Source: an uncultured cyanobacterium (GTDB lineage Bacteria; Cyanobacteriota; Cyanobacteriia; Cyanobacteriales; Nostocaceae). Taken from it: DNA of 64,000 nucleotides. The position numbers and the translations under genes were made by a program. Shown piece by piece: positions 22,548 through 34,123 of this stretch (its first letter is position 1; the number at the start of each line of letters is the position of its first letter). Location of the stretch: the NCBI GenBank assembly GCA_963706595.1, contig OY970166.1:4000001-4064000 (forward strand), in the 5' to 3' direction. Below the pieces are notes generated by a model that saw only the letters and a program-made list of their open reading frames with translations, was not told where the DNA came from and made no database searches.

Positions 22548-23447
22548 TTGACAAATGCCAGCTTATGTATGCTATCCAATAACAAGAATCAATTACAAAC
22601 TACATCCAGTATCTCAAATCCTATGCCAACAACTAGTACAGAGAATTGGTCTAATTCTGATGGAATGATTGTATCCAAGTTAGAACACATTACTCCTCTG
22701 ATTCTTACTTATAACGAAGAAGACAATATTGAGCGCACGCTTGAGCATCTCTCTTGGGCAAAAACAATTATAGTTATTGATAGTTATAGTACCGATGCAA
22801 CCCTAGAAATTCTTGACGGATATTCACAAGTCCAGGTATTAAAACGTAAATTCGATACCCACGGTCAACAATGGAACTATGGCTTAGAGCAAGTGCAATC
22901 ACCCTGGGTACTTTCTCTGGATGCCGATTATATAGTTACAGATGAATTAATCTCGGAAATGGCCACCTTACCTGTGGATGGAGAAATTGATGGCTACTTT
23001 GTCAGGTTCAATTACTGTGTGCTTGGCAAACCCGTTCGTAATACCAGAATACTTCCTCCGCGTCAAGTTCTATTTAAAAAAAGCAAAGCTATTTATATTG
23101 ATGATGGACATACACAAGTTTTACAACTGACTGGTAAATCAGATTTACTCTCTAGTTATCTGTACCACGATGATCGTAAACCGTTTAGTCGTTGGTTATG
23201 GTCACAAGAACGCTATACAGTGCTGGAAGCCAAGAAAATACTGGAAACCCCCATCAGCGAACTCGATTGGGTCGATCGTATTCGCAGACGAAAAATTTTG
23301 GCTCCTTGGATGATCTTTCTCTATTGCTTAATTATCGAAGGCTGGATTTTTGATGGTTGGCATGGTTGGTATTACGTATATCATCGGGTTTTAGCAGAAA
23401 CTATTTTGGCAATTCGGATTATTGAAGCAGAAAAATTAAAACGGTAG
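22548..23447 (+). CDS. Glycosyltransferase family 2 (start uncertain, possibly 22622 or later)
   Basis: LILTYNEE, VIDSYSTD, LSLDAD motifs. Confidence 0.9.
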   Translation: MTNASLCMLSNNKNQLQTTSSISNPMPTTSTENWSNSDGMIVSKLEHITPLILTYNEEDNIERTLEHLSWAKTIIVIDSYSTDATLEILDGYSQVQVLKRKFDTHGQQWNYGLEQVQSPWVLSLDADYIVTDELISEMATLPVDGEIDGYFVRFNYCVLGKPVRNTRILPPRQVLFKKSKAIYIDDGHTQVLQLTGKSDLLSSYLYHDDRKPFSRWLWSQERYTVLEAKKILETPISELDWVDRIRRRKILAPWMIFLYCLIIEGWIFDGWHGWYYVYHRVLAETILAIRIIEAEKLKR

Positions 23448-23473
23448 TAAAATCACCCTGATTTAATAGAGTA

Positions 23474-24370
23474 TCAATCCATACGAGTGGCAACACACAT
23501 CAAAGACAATGCAGCCTCTGGGGAGTTAGGGTCTATACCGGATAATCTCTGAGCTAGTCGGTACTTCCAAAATGGCCTACCGTAATTACCCTTTAATGCT
23601 TCTGCACCTACTATATGGTTATGAGGGTAAACCTTAACTCCAAACCCCATCGATTCTAGGATTTCATAGAACATCTCTGATGTCACACCATCACAAGCTT
23701 TGTGATGTACTTCTGTTGCCAAACCCCAGGATTGCTCCTCTGCCGTGGAATGTCCGCCTCGTTGTATATACTGATAAATTGGCAAACGTAACTGCCACAA
23801 TAACGAACCTAAACCTTTAAACTGATAAGCATTTTTTTGGGGATCGTGATCTGTGATTAAAAGCCCACCAGGGCGGACTAATTTAGCAGCCTCTTGCAAA
23901 ACTTTCTCCATATCATCGCAATGATGTAAGCTGGCATTTAACATCACAATATCAGCAAACCCAGACACAAAAGGTAGATTGTGAGCATCTGCTAGGACTG
24001 TTGTATATCCTAGCGAACTAGCCATTTTTAGTGCGCCGAGAGAAACATCTACGCCAATTAATAACTGCGGTTCACCACAAAACTCTTTGAGAGAGGCATA
24101 CACATTGCCTGGACCACAACCGATATCCACTACTATTTTGCCTTGCCAACTACCAATTACAGCTTGCCAAAGTTCTATAAATTTTTCATCTCTGTGACAA
24201 GCTGCAAAATAATTTAATCCCCAATCTGGATGCCCAAAGTAGTAGCTGTTGGCTTCGATAGCTGGGGTGGGATTTAAAATCTGGCAAATAATAGTATCTT
24301 CATCCCATCTATCAATTTTGCTTGGTTGGGCAAAATAGTCAGCACAGTTGGTATGTAATTCGTTTAACAT
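23474..24370 (-). CDS. Class I SAM-dependent methyltransferase
   Basis: VVDIGCGPG motif I, LHH, LVRPGG. Confidence 0.88.
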   Translation of the reverse strand: MLNELHTNCADYFAQPSKIDRWDEDTIICQILNPTPAIEANSYYFGHPDWGLNYFAACHRDEKFIELWQAVIGSWQGKIVVDIGCGPGNVYASLKEFCGEPQLLIGVDVSLGALKMASSLGYTTVLADAHNLPFVSGFADIVMLNASLHHCDDMEKVLQEAAKLVRPGGLLITDHDPQKNAYQFKGLGSLLWQLRLPIYQYIQRGGHSTAEEQSWGLATEVHHKACDGVTSEMFYEILESMGFGVKVYPHNHIVGAEALKGNYGRPFWKYRLAQRLSGIDPNSPEAALSLMCVATRMD

Positions 24371-24676
24371 CTATGACAATTTATTAGTGTGTATTTACTT
24401 AAAACGTTGTGGTTGACTGCCGACACTAGAGATTATACTGGACTTGAGTTATAATCTATTTGAAAATAACATAAAGTTTATGTAAATGTATCAGTATTTT
24501 CGTAAAACTCTTAAACTAGGATAAGTTCATCAAAAAAATCACAAAAAATTAATGTTTTTGTAAAATCAAACCACCTAATGTCAGAGTTGGAATTTTTTAT
24601 TGAGTTTTGCCATTTTCGGAAAGTTATATATAATCAGATTTCCAATTGTTTTTACTAAATCCGGAATAAATTAGAA

Positions 24677-25495
24677 ATGATAGACAAAACTTCGAGAAAT
24701 TATTATGCAGAGCAAATTTTAAATAAACTCGAACAGTATAAATCGGCTTTAAAAAAAGAATTTGCCATCGCCAACCGGATCAACGCCTGTTATTTAGATG
24801 ATTTATTAAATGTAGAGGATGTACTGAAAATCCATAACGCATTTCCTGATAAGAAAAACTTATTGCAGTTAAAAGATTTGAGAGAATTTAAATATGTTGG
24901 TATCCAATTAGATAAATTCAATCCTATTTTAGAAGAAATTATCTATGCTTTCCAGGATGACAGAGTAGTGCAGCTAATTGCCGAAATCACCGGATTTGAA
25001 CAGTTAATGCCAGATGAATACCTTTACGCTGGTGGCTTTAGCCTCATGGAATATGGCTGTTTTTTAAATCCTCATCTGGATAATTCCCATGATAAAGATA
25101 TTAATAACTATCGGGTTTTGAATTTACTCTATTATGTAACTCCTGGTTGGCAAGAAGATTATGGCGGGAATTTAGAACTTTGGGATCAAGGTTTAAAGCA
25201 TCCTTGTCGAACTATTCATAGTAAGTTCAATCGGCTAGTTATTATGGTTACTAATAAAAGTTCTTTGCATTCTGTTAGTCCAATTAATCATCATGGTCAG
25301 CGCTGTTGTGTGTCTAACTACTACTTTTCACCAAAACCTGCTGATACACAAAATTATTATCATGTTACTTCTTTTAGAGGTCGCCCAGAACAGAAACTGA
25401 GAGATATAGTTTTGAAAGTAGACGCTAGCTTACGACAAATAGTGCGTAAAGTTGTGAGAAATCGCTTTAAAAAACCTCATTTTTATAGAAAGTAA
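24677..25495 (+). CDS. 2OG-Fe(II) oxygenase family protein
   Basis: HLD...H facial triad, GGNLELW, C-terminal R...NYY. Confidence 0.85.
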   Translation: MIDKTSRNYYAEQILNKLEQYKSALKKEFAIANRINACYLDDLLNVEDVLKIHNAFPDKKNLLQLKDLREFKYVGIQLDKFNPILEEIIYAFQDDRVVQLIAEITGFEQLMPDEYLYAGGFSLMEYGCFLNPHLDNSHDKDINNYRVLNLLYYVTPGWQEDYGGNLELWDQGLKHPCRTIHSKFNRLVIMVTNKSSLHSVSPINHHGQRCCVSNYYFSPKPADTQNYYHVTSFRGRPEQKLRDIVLKVDASLRQIVRKVVRNRFKKPHFYRK

Positions 25496-25775
25496 AGTAA
25501 TAGATCATGCTATTGAAAAGAGTGTGATTAGTTGCCAAATTCCATTGTCATCGCCAGCACAAATTTTCATCTCATATCAATTTGCCTTTTGGACACACCC
25601 ACTCTAAAAAATAGTAGGACTCATGGGTTAAAAGATTTACTAGCGTGTATTGCCGTTTTAGGAAGCAGATAAATTTTAGATATTTTATATATCAAGCATA
25701 TAATAGGACTTGCGACATATTTGCTACATATACGTAGGTGTGAGCATAATTAGTCATCCACTACAGCCGATTTAT

Positions 25776-25917
25776 TAGGGACTTCCAAATAAAAAAATAC
25801 TCACTCACCTAACGCAAAAAACCTCTCAAAGTCTCATAACTCTGTGTCTGGAGTGGTAGCCTTCGGCAAGCTACGCTAACGTTTATTTGGTTAAGGTTAT
25901 TTCTTAGAAGTCCCTTA
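25776..25917. mobile_element. MITE, copy 1 (ends AGGGACTTC...GAAGTCCCT, TA-flanked)
   Basis: Terminal inverted repeats; the interior matches the reverse complement of 55763-55914. Confidence 0.8.
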
Positions 25918-26018
25918 CGGGGCAAAAATTTTTAACCTGGTTATAAACCTGTAAAATAATACCGTATTTGCTCAAAATTGAAAATCCCCGTTGTTTGTTA
26001 CACAACTAGAGGTGAAGC

Positions 26019-27107
26019 ATGATGGCAGTATCGCAAGAGTTCGAGGGCTTTGGAAATCACTTGATCCTGGGGATTTCCGGCGCTTCATTAAGTGATGACG
26101 ATAAACGCACACTGAGCGAATTAAAACCAGTTGGGGTAATTTTTTTCGCGCAAAACTTTCTGGATGGTACGCCTTATGAAGTTTGGCTAGAAAGCTTCAA
26201 GAATCTGAACGACGAAATCAGAAAATATACTGAACGTGACTCAATGTTTATGACATTAGATCACGAAGGGGGAAGGGTTGTTCGGACACCCCTACCAATT
26301 ACGCGATTTCCTTATGCTTTGTTGTGCAGATCACAGGCAAAACAAGTAGCAGAAGCTACAGCATTAGAGTTGAAATCCCTGGGAATAAATGTGTCCTGGT
26401 CTCCTGTAGCAGATATTTTTTCCCATCCTCAAAATCCAATTATTGGGCCTCGTGCCTTTGGTCGCACCCCGGAAACAACGGCTGAAGGTGTCTGTGAATA
26501 CTACAGAGGACTTCGGGAAGGGGGAATTTTAGGATGTGCTAAACACTTTCCCGGACATGGAGACACCAGCAAAGATTCTCATATTGAATTACCAATACTG
26601 AATCTTACCCTAGAAGAATTACGGATGCGGGAATTGATACCGTTTAAAGCGCTGATATCGGAGCAAATTCCGTTAATTATGACAGCGCATATCCTGTTTC
26701 CTCAGATAGATCCGCAATTTCCCGCCACACTTTCCCCAGCTATCCTGAAGAAGATACTCCGAGAGGAATTGGGCTTTGAAGGAGTGGTTGTATCTGATGA
26801 CTTGGATATGAAAGCTGTCTCAGATATGTTTATCCAACGTGGGACAGTAGCGCGAGCTTTTAATGCTGGCTGTGATTTGTTTATTGTCTCGCGGAATATT
26901 AATTCGTTATCTATTGAAAGGACTTATCAAATGGCTAAAGATTTTGCTGATTCCTTTAGCAACGGTAGTCTAGATGAATCAGTCGTGGCCGCAGCTAGAG
27001 ACAGAATTGAGAAACTACTGACCGTAACTCCCCAATATATGATTCATGCTTTGGATAGAAATATCCTACAGCAACACGCTGAACTGGCGATCGCTTGTTG
27101 TTACTAG
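26019..27107 (+). CDS. nagZ: Beta-N-acetylhexosaminidase (GH3)
   Basis: DHEGGRV, KHFPGHGDT..DSH, SDDLDM motifs. Confidence 0.93.
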   Translation: MMAVSQEFEGFGNHLILGISGASLSDDDKRTLSELKPVGVIFFAQNFLDGTPYEVWLESFKNLNDEIRKYTERDSMFMTLDHEGGRVVRTPLPITRFPYALLCRSQAKQVAEATALELKSLGINVSWSPVADIFSHPQNPIIGPRAFGRTPETTAEGVCEYYRGLREGGILGCAKHFPGHGDTSKDSHIELPILNLTLEELRMRELIPFKALISEQIPLIMTAHILFPQIDPQFPATLSPAILKKILREELGFEGVVVSDDLDMKAVSDMFIQRGTVARAFNAGCDLFIVSRNINSLSIERTYQMAKDFADSFSNGSLDESVVAAARDRIEKLLTVTPQYMIHALDRNILQQHAELAIACCY

Positions 27108-27135
27108 GGGAGTGGGGAGTAGGGAGTGGGGGATC

Positions 27136-27534
27136 TTAAGGCAAAAACCGATCTAAAGCAGCTTTTAACTGTTGAATTTCTACTTCCATGTTGCCTTCTT
27201 GAGCTGCTCTAGCAATACACTCAGTTAAATGTTGATCTAAAACAATTCTGGCGACTTTATCCAAAGCGCCCCGCACAGCCGCAATTTGTAATAAAACATC
27301 AGGACAAGGACTATCGTGCTGCACCATTGTTTTTATACCGCGCACATGGCCTTCTATCCGAGATAGCCGATTGACGATTTTTCGTAGTGACTCTTGACTA
27401 TGAACGTGAGGATGCGCCGACGTTCCATGCTCATGAGTATGATTTGTCGGCTCTTCTGTATCATGATTGTGGACTTTTTCTACTTGCTGGGATGCCGGCA
27501 AAGATTCTTTAGCTAATCGGTTTGATCCGTTCAT
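27136..27534 (-). CDS. CsoR/RcnR-family metal-sensing repressor with His-rich N-terminus (InrS-like)
   Basis: RLSRIEGHVRG...C.DVLLQ...H...C; HTHEHG...HPHVH. Confidence 0.88.
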   Translation of the reverse strand: MNGSNRLAKESLPASQQVEKVHNHDTEEPTNHTHEHGTSAHPHVHSQESLRKIVNRLSRIEGHVRGIKTMVQHDSPCPDVLLQIAAVRGALDKVARIVLDQHLTECIARAAQEGNMEVEIQQLKAALDRFLP

Positions 27535-27810
27535 GGGTTCATGTTGCCAAAGCACTGGTAGTATTAAGATCCTAGCCTAGAAGATAATTGGTATTGAAAA
27601 AAGTATTTCTGCCATTGAGCGATCGCCTGATTTCAATGACTCAATGGTGAAACCCGAACCTGGAACGGGCAATGTCCTTAATAGCTATTTTGTTAAATAT
27701 TATATTAATTTTTATGACAGGTAGTTTACGACGAATCATCTGCCATTCTGTAAAAATAAATGTAAATGCATTTTTAGGCAAAAGTTAGGCTGCCATATTA
27801 GGTTGTAATT

Positions 27811-29130
27811 ATGCGATTTTCCCAAATATCAAGTTCTATACGTCAATTCAGTTCTTATTTGTTAGCCCTAATTATCGGCGTGACGCTAACCGTCAGCACT
27901 TGGCAGGTATTACCCTCTCAAGCAGAACCGGCTCCTTATACAGACGCGATGAATATAGACGCGATGAATATAGACGCGATGAATATAGACGCGATGAATA
28001 TAGACGCGATGAATATAGACGCGATGAATATAGACGCGATGAATCGCGTCTCTACAAGTGATGGTTCGGATATGGTCGCCCGGCAATCACCAGCAAATGC
28101 GGCTATAGGTAGCACTAGCTTTGTCACGGCGGCGGTGAATCGTGTGGGAACAGCAGTGGTACGGATTGACACGGAACGCACGATTACGCGTCGGATGGAG
28201 CCTTTTATGGAAGACCCGTTTTTTCGGCGATTTTTTGGTGATGGTTTCCCTCAACAGATGCCTTCTGAACAATTGCGCGGTCTAGGTTCGGGGTTTATTA
28301 TTGATAAAGGTGGTCTAGTTTTGACCAATGCCCATGTAGTCGATCAAGCTGATAAAGTCACAGTCCGCCTCAAAGATGGCCGCACCTATGAAGGTAAAGT
28401 TCAAGGTATTGATGAAGTCACAGATTTAGCAGTGGTGAAGATTAACCCTGATCAAGATTTACCTGTTGCGCCTTTGGGTTCTTCCGATGCAGTACAAGTG
28501 GGAGACTGGGCGATCGCGGTGGGTAATCCTTTAGGATTTGATAATACCGTGACTTTGGGAATTGTCAGCACTCTGAAACGTTCTAGCGCCCAAGTTGGCA
28601 TTGCTGACAAACGCTTAGACTTTATTCAAACCGATGCGGCGATTAATCCTGGTAACTCCGGGGGTCCATTATTGAATGAACGGGGCGAAGTCATTGGGAT
28701 TAATACGGCTATTCGTCCTGACGCGATGGGTATTGGCTTTGCGATTCCTATTGATAAGGCTAAAGCGATCGCCTTGAAATTGCAACGTGACGGTAAAGTT
28801 ATTCACCCCTATTTAGGTGTACAAATGGTAACTTTAACGCCAGAACTTGCAAAGCAGAATAATAGTGATCCCAACTCTCCTATTCAAATACCAGAAGTTA
28901 ATGGTGTTTTGGTGATGCGAGTTGTACCTGATTCGCCAGCTGCATCTGCTGGTGTACGACGTGGGGATGTAATTGTGCAAATTGATCGCGAACCTGTCAC
29001 CAGTGCCGATAAGTTACAAAATTTGGTGGAAAATAGTCGCCTGGGTCAGTTGTTGCAGGTGAAAGTTCAACGCGGTAATCAGATCCAACTGCTTTCCATC
29101 CGCACGGCTGAGTTACGAGATCCTGTTTAA
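27811..29130 (+). CDS. hhoA: HtrA/Deg serine protease with PDZ domain
   Basis: TNAHVV, DLAV and GNSGGPL catalytic triad motifs; C-terminal PDZ; signal peptide. Confidence 0.88.
   Translation: MRFSQISSSIRQFSSYLLALIIGVTLTVSTWQVLPSQAEPAPYTDAMNIDAMNIDAMNIDAMNIDAMNIDAMNIDAMNRVSTSDGSDMVARQSPANAAIGSTSFVTAAVNRVGTAVVRIDTERTITRRMEPFMEDPFFRRFFGDGFPQQMPSEQLRGLGSGFIIDKGGLVLTNAHVVDQADKVTVRLKDGRTYEGKVQGIDEVTDLAVVKINPDQDLPVAPLGSSDAVQVGDWAIAVGNPLGFDNTVTLGIVSTLKRSSAQVGIADKRLDFIQTDAAINPGNSGGPLLNERGEVIGINTAIRPDAMGIGFAIPIDKAKAIALKLQRDGKVIHPYLGVQMVTLTPELAKQNNSDPNSPIQIPEVNGVLVMRVVPDSPAASAGVRRGDVIVQIDREPVTSADKLQNLVENSRLGQLLQVKVQRGNQIQLLSIRTAELRDPV
27942..28056. repeat. 15-bp tandem repeat (AGACGCGATGAATAT)x6 plus REP-like palindrome inside hhoA
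   Basis: Encodes (DAMNI)x6-DAMNRVST. Confidence 0.93.
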
Positions 29131-29215
29131 AAGTAGAGACGCGATAAATTGCAAATTAAACAAATTAAGACGCGATGAATCGCGTCTCTACAAAAGTCAC
29201 TATATTTATGTCTTT

Positions 29216-30394
29216 ATGCTTTACAGAAGATTTGGCCGCACAGAATTACAGATGCCTGTTTTTTCTTGTGGCGGTATGAGATATCAATTCAAATGGCAAG
29301 ATGTTCCTAATTCCGAAATCTCTACGGATAATCAGGCAAATTTAGAAGCGACTATTCGCCGCTCTCTGGAAGTAGGAATTAATCACATTGAAACTGCCCG
29401 TGGTTATGGTACATCGGAAATGCAATTAGGGCAAATATTGCCCAAGTTTCCCCGTGAAAAATTAATTGTGCAGACAAAAATTGGTCCGGTTGCAGATTCC
29501 CAGGAATTTCGCCAAACATTTGCACAATCACTACAAAATCTCCAGTTAGATTATGTTGATTTACTGGGAATACACGGCATTAATCATGCTGAATCATTCG
29601 ACTATAGTATGCGCCCTGGTGGCTGTTTAGAAGTGGCGCGGCAGTTGCAAAAGGAAGGCAAAGTCAGATTTATCGGCTTTTCGACTCATGGATCTAAAGA
29701 GGTAATTATTCAGGCAATTAATACTAATCAATTTGATTATGTTAACCTGCATTGGTACTATATTAATCAATGGAATTGGGAGGCAATTACAGCCGCTAAC
29801 GATCATGATATGGGTGTATTTATTATTAGTCCTTCAGATAAAGGAGGAATGTTATATAAACCACCGCAAAAGTTAGTTAATCTTTGCGCTCCTTTGAGTC
29901 CGATGGTGTTTAATGATTTGTTTTGTCTGAGTCGTGAAAATGTCCATACCTTAAGTGTGGGTGCAGCCAGACCTGAAGATTTTGATGAACATCTCAAAAC
30001 TTTAGATTATTTAGAGCAAGCGGAGGAAATTTTACCGCCAATCTTGAGTAAGTTAGAACAAGAAGCGATCGCTACTTTAGGAGAAGACTGGGTAAAAACT
30101 TGGGAAACTAATTTACCCACCTGGGAAAAAACACCGGGACAAGTGAATATTCCTGTAATTTTGTGGTTGTTAAATTTAGCGATCGCCTACGATTTAGTAG
30201 ACTACGCCAAAATGCGCTACAACTTATTGGGTCATGGTAGTCACTGGTTCCCAGGTAATAAAGCAGACCAACTAGATGAACTCAAACTGGGACAATCTCT
30301 CGCCAATAGTCCCCACGCCCAGAAAATTCCGCAAATGTTAGCAAAAGCCCATGAGATGTTAGCAGGGGCTGAAGTTAAGCGGTTATCTAAGTAA
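29216..30394 (+). CDS. Aldo/keto reductase family protein
   Basis: YRRFGRT, HIETARGYG, LDYVDL, IGFSTH motifs. Confidence 0.9.
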   Translation: MLYRRFGRTELQMPVFSCGGMRYQFKWQDVPNSEISTDNQANLEATIRRSLEVGINHIETARGYGTSEMQLGQILPKFPREKLIVQTKIGPVADSQEFRQTFAQSLQNLQLDYVDLLGIHGINHAESFDYSMRPGGCLEVARQLQKEGKVRFIGFSTHGSKEVIIQAINTNQFDYVNLHWYYINQWNWEAITAANDHDMGVFIISPSDKGGMLYKPPQKLVNLCAPLSPMVFNDLFCLSRENVHTLSVGAARPEDFDEHLKTLDYLEQAEEILPPILSKLEQEAIATLGEDWVKTWETNLPTWEKTPGQVNIPVILWLLNLAIAYDLVDYAKMRYNLLGHGSHWFPGNKADQLDELKLGQSLANSPHAQKIPQMLAKAHEMLAGAEVKRLSK

Positions 30395-30534
30395 CATGAT
30401 CGTAATTAAGTTCGTAGTCAGGGCTTCAGCCCTGATTAGAGGACTAAAGTCCTCACTACAAACCTTTAGAAAAGTGAATATAAATTAAGTCTAATTTTTG
30501 TTATTTTTAACGACTTCCTCCTGTAGTAAAACTT

Positions 30535-33500
30535 ATGGCATTTTCTTCTATTGTGCGTGCCTTAGCGCGATCGCCTCTGACTACTGAATTACTTTCCAAG
30601 TTAAATCGCCAACGAGAATTGCAGTTAAATGGCATTTCTCGCTTACCGAAAGGTCTGGTGGCTTCGGCATTAGCACAAAATTCAGGTAAGAATTTATTGG
30701 TAGTAGTGCCAACCCTGGAGGAAGCCGGACGGGCTTTTGCACAGTTGGAAGCGATGGGATGGCACACAGTGCATTTTTACCCCACTTCTGAAGCCTCTCC
30801 CTACGAACCCTTTGACCCGGAAACGGAAATGACTTGGGGACAGATGCAGGTTCTCGCTGATTTGATTAATGGAGACTGGGAATCAAGCCAAAATTCCACA
30901 GCGAAGCGTTCTTTGGCAATTGTCGCCACGGCTGGGGCGTTACAACCCCATCTACCACCGCCAGATGCTTTTATACCTTTCTGTCTCACTGTCAAGCGGG
31001 GGATGGAATTTGATTTGGATACCTTTGGGGAAAAAATTACGACTTTGGGCTATGAACGAGTTCCATTGGTGGAAACAGAAGGTCAATGGAGTCGGCGCGG
31101 TGATATTGTCGATGTCTATCCGGTTTCGTCGGAAATGCCCGTGAGATTAGAATGGTTTGGCGACGAAATCGAGAAAATCCGCGAATTTGACGCTGCAACT
31201 CAACGTTCTGCCCTTGACAAAGTTGACCAAATTACCCTCACTCCTACTAGTTTTGCGCCTATTGTTTCGGAAGCACTCAAAGATAGTGCTGAGTTTACAG
31301 ACGCGATGAATCACGTCTCTACAGAAGAAGGAAGTCGCAGATTTTTGGGGTTGGCTTTTAAACAACCGGCTTCACTTTTAGATTACTTAAGTGAAAATAC
31401 TCTGGTGGCTGTGGATGAACCAGAACAGTGTCATGCACATAGCGATCGCTGGGTGGAAAATGCGGAGGAACAATGGGGAGTGGGGAGTAGGCTTGCCCTG
31501 AGCGCAGTCGAAGGGGAGTGGGGAGTAGGGAGTGGGGAAGATTCCTTACAATTGCCGAAAATTCACCGTTCCTTTGATGAATGTCTGAATGATGTAACTA
31601 AATTTCTTACTATATATTTGTCGGAACTATCAGAAGAAAACAGTGGGATAAATTTGGCGAGTCGTTCGTTACCTGTGACACCGCACCAATTTAATAAACT
31701 CGCGCAAACACTGAGAGGAGAGCGCGATCGCAATTTCTCAATTTGGCTCATTTCTGCCCAACCTTCCCGTTCTGTCTCTCTCCTCCAAGAACACGATTGT
31801 CCGGCGCAATTTATCCCCAATCCCCGCGACTACCAAGCAATTGACAAATTACAAATTAACCATACACCTGTAGCCCTGAAGTATTCCGGTTTAGCTGAAC
31901 TCGAAGGCTTTATTTTGCCGACATATCGGCTAGTAGTTGTCACAGACCGGGAATTTTACGGACAGCATTCCTTAGCTACACCGGGATATATCCGTAAACG
32001 TCGCCAAGCCAGTTCTAAGCAAGTAGACCCTAACAAGCTGCGTCAAGGTGATTATGTAGTTCACAGAAGTCACGGAGTAGGTAAATTTGTCAAGCTGGAA
32101 AGTCTCACGATTAATCATGAAACTCGTGATTATTTGGTAGTACAGTATGCTGACGGTATTCTGAGAGTTGCAGCCGATCAAGTTGGTTCTTTATCCCGAT
32201 TTCGCCGCACAGGAGATAAAGCCCCAGAATTACACAAAATGACTGGTAAGGCTTGGGAGAATACGAAGAACCGCGTTCGTAAAGCCATCAAAAAGTTAGC
32301 AGTGGATTTACTGAAACTTTATGCAGCCAGATCCAAGCAAGAAGGCTATACCTATCCTCAAGATATGCCTTGGCAAGAAGAAATGGAAGATTCTTTTCCC
32401 TACCAAGCTACTACCGACCAGCTAAAAGCTGTGCAGGATGTCAAACGGGATATGGAAAGCGATCGCCCAATGGATCGTTTAGTTTGTGGTGATGTAGGAT
32501 TTGGGAAAACCGAAGTAGCAATTCGCGCGATTTTCAAAGCTGTGACATCAGGTAAACAAGTCGCCCTGTTAGCACCCACTACTATTCTGACTCAGCAACA
32601 TTACCACACCCTCAAAGAACGCTTTGCACCTTACCCGGTAAATATCGGCTTACTGAATCGTTTTCGCAGTGCTGAAGAACGCCGCACGATTCAAAAGCGA
32701 TTAGCCACAGGAGAATTAGATATAGTTGTCGGGACACACCAACTTTTAGGAAAAAATGTCAGCTTTCGGGATTTAGGACTGTTGGTGGTAGATGAAGAAC
32801 AACGATTTGGGGTAAATCAAAAGGAAAAAATTAAAAGCTTAAAAACTCAAGTTGATGTGCTGACACTTTCGGCGACTCCCATTCCTCGGACTTTATATAT
32901 GTCTTTGTCGGGGATTCGAGAAATGAGTTTAATTACTACACCACCCCCCAGCAGAAGACCAATTAAAACTCACTTATCGCCATTAAGCCCGGAAATTGTC
33001 CGTAGCGCTATTCGTCAAGAATTAGACAGAGGGGGACAAGTATTTTATGTAGTTCCACGAGTAGAAGGAATTGAAGAACTGACGGCTAATTTACGAGAAA
33101 TGATACCGGGGGGTAGGTTTGCGATCGCGCATGGTCAAATGGATGAAAGCGAGTTAGAGTCTACAATGCTGACTTTCAGTAATGGTGATGCCGATATTCT
33201 GGTTTGTACAACAATTATTGAATCTGGTTTAGATATTCCGCGAGTCAACACCATTTTAATTGAAGATGCCCACCGCTTCGGTTTATCGCAATTATACCAA
33301 TTACGTGGTCGTGTAGGACGTGCTGGAATTCAAGCACACGCTTGGTTATTTTATCCTAAGCAAAGAACTTTATCGGATGCAGCCCGGCAAAGGTTGCGAG
33401 CGATTCAAGAATTTACCCAACTCGGTTCTGGGTATCAGCTAGCAATGCGCGACATGGAAATCCGGGGTGTGGGTAACTTGCTGGGTGCAGAACAATCGGG

Positions 33501-34053
33501 TCAAATGGAAGCTATCGGCTTTGATTTGTATATGGAAATGTTGGAAGAGGCGATTCGAGAAATTAGAGGACAAGAAATACCCAAAGTTGATGATACACAA
33601 ATTGACCTCAACCTCACAGCATTTATTCCCTCTGATTATATTCCCGACGTGGATCAAAAGATGAGTGCTTACCGTGCAGTGGCGGCGGCGAAGTCTTCAG
33701 AAGAATTAAAATATATCACGGCTGAGTGGAGCGATCGCTATGGGGCGTTACCAGTTCCAGCGAATCAACTTTTACGAGTTATGCAACTCAAACAGTTAGC
33801 GAAAAAGTTAGGATTTAGCCGCATTAAACCAGAGAATAAGCAACACATTGTTTTAGAAACGCCAATGGAAGAACCCGCTTGGAATTTACTAGCGGGAAAT
33901 TTACCGGAACATTTAAAGACACGTTTTGTTTACTCTCCTGGTAAGGTGACAGTTCGCGGTTTAGCAGTTTTAAAAGCTGACCAACAATTGCAAAGTTTGC
34001 TGGATGCGATGAATAAAATGCAAGGTGCTGTTGCTGAGGCGGTTGTTGTGTGA
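30535..34053 (+). CDS. mfd: Transcription-repair coupling factor
   Basis: UvrB-like N-terminus, Car[32 protein letters not shown]-terminus. Confidence 0.97.
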   Translation: MAFSSIVRALARSPLTTELLSKLNRQRELQLNGISRLPKGLVASALAQNSGKNLLVVVPTLEEAGRAFAQLEAMGWHTVHFYPTSEASPYEPFDPETEMTWGQMQVLADLINGDWESSQNSTAKRSLAIVATAGALQPHLPPPDAFIPFCLTVKRGMEFDLDTFGEKITTLGYERVPLVETEGQWSRRGDIVDVYPVSSEMPVRLEWFGDEIEKIREFDAATQRSALDKVDQITLTPTSFAPIVSEALKDSAEFTDAMNHVSTEEGSRRFLGLAFKQPASLLDYLSENTLVAVDEPEQCHAHSDRWVENAEEQWGVGSRLALSAVEGEWGVGSGEDSLQLPKIHRSFDECLNDVTKFLTIYLSELSEENSGINLASRSLPVTPHQFNKLAQTLRGERDRNFSIWLISAQPSRSVSLLQEHDCPAQFIPNPRDYQAIDKLQINHTPVALKYSGLAELEGFILPTYRLVVVTDREFYGQHSLATPGYIRKRRQASSKQVDPNKLRQGDYVVHRSHGVGKFVKLESLTINHETRDYLVVQYADGILRVAADQVGSLSRFRRTGDKAPELHKMTGKAWENTKNRVRKAIKKLAVDLLKLYAARSKQEGYTYPQDMPWQEEMEDSFPYQATTDQLKAVQDVKRDMESDRPMDRLVCGDVGFGKTEVAIRAIFKAVTSGKQVALLAPTTILTQQHYHTLKERFAPYPVNIGLLNRFRSAEERRTIQKRLATGELDIVVGTHQLLGKNVSFRDLGLLVVDEEQRFGVNQKEKIKSLKTQVDVLTLSATPIPRTLYMSLSGIREMSLITTPPPSRRPIKTHLSPLSPEIVRSAIRQELDRGGQVFYVVPRVEGIEELTANLREMIPGGRFAIAHGQMDESELESTMLTFSNGDADILVCTTIIESGLDIPRVNTILIEDAHRFGLSQLYQLRGRVGRAGIQAHAWLFYPKQRTLSDAARQRLRAIQEFTQLGSGYQLAMRDMEIRGVGNLLGAEQSGQMEAIGFDLYMEMLEEAIREIRGQEIPKVDDTQIDLNLTAFIPSDYIPDVDQKMSAYRAVAAAKSSEELKYITAEWSDRYGALPVPANQLLRVMQLKQLAKKLGFSRIKPENKQHIVLETPMEEPAWNLLAGNLPEHLKTRFVYSPGKVTVRGLAVLKADQQLQSLLDAMNKMQGAVAEAVVV

Positions 34054-34123
34054 TCAATAATCCATCAGGAGTTCAAAAAAAGGGTTGCTTAGGTCTGGTT
34101 GATTCTGGATTTGCATAGAATAA

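Noticed and set aside
24660..24665. DIF1 heterocyst promoter motif TCCGGA
   Set aside because: It lies only 11 nt before the ATG, leaving no room for it to act as a -35 element; likely chance.
27942..28056. Possible CRISPR or antisense ORF 27936-28181 (FIASI repeats)
   Set aside because: There are no spacers; the antisense ORF is just the stop-free mirror of the 15-bp repeat.
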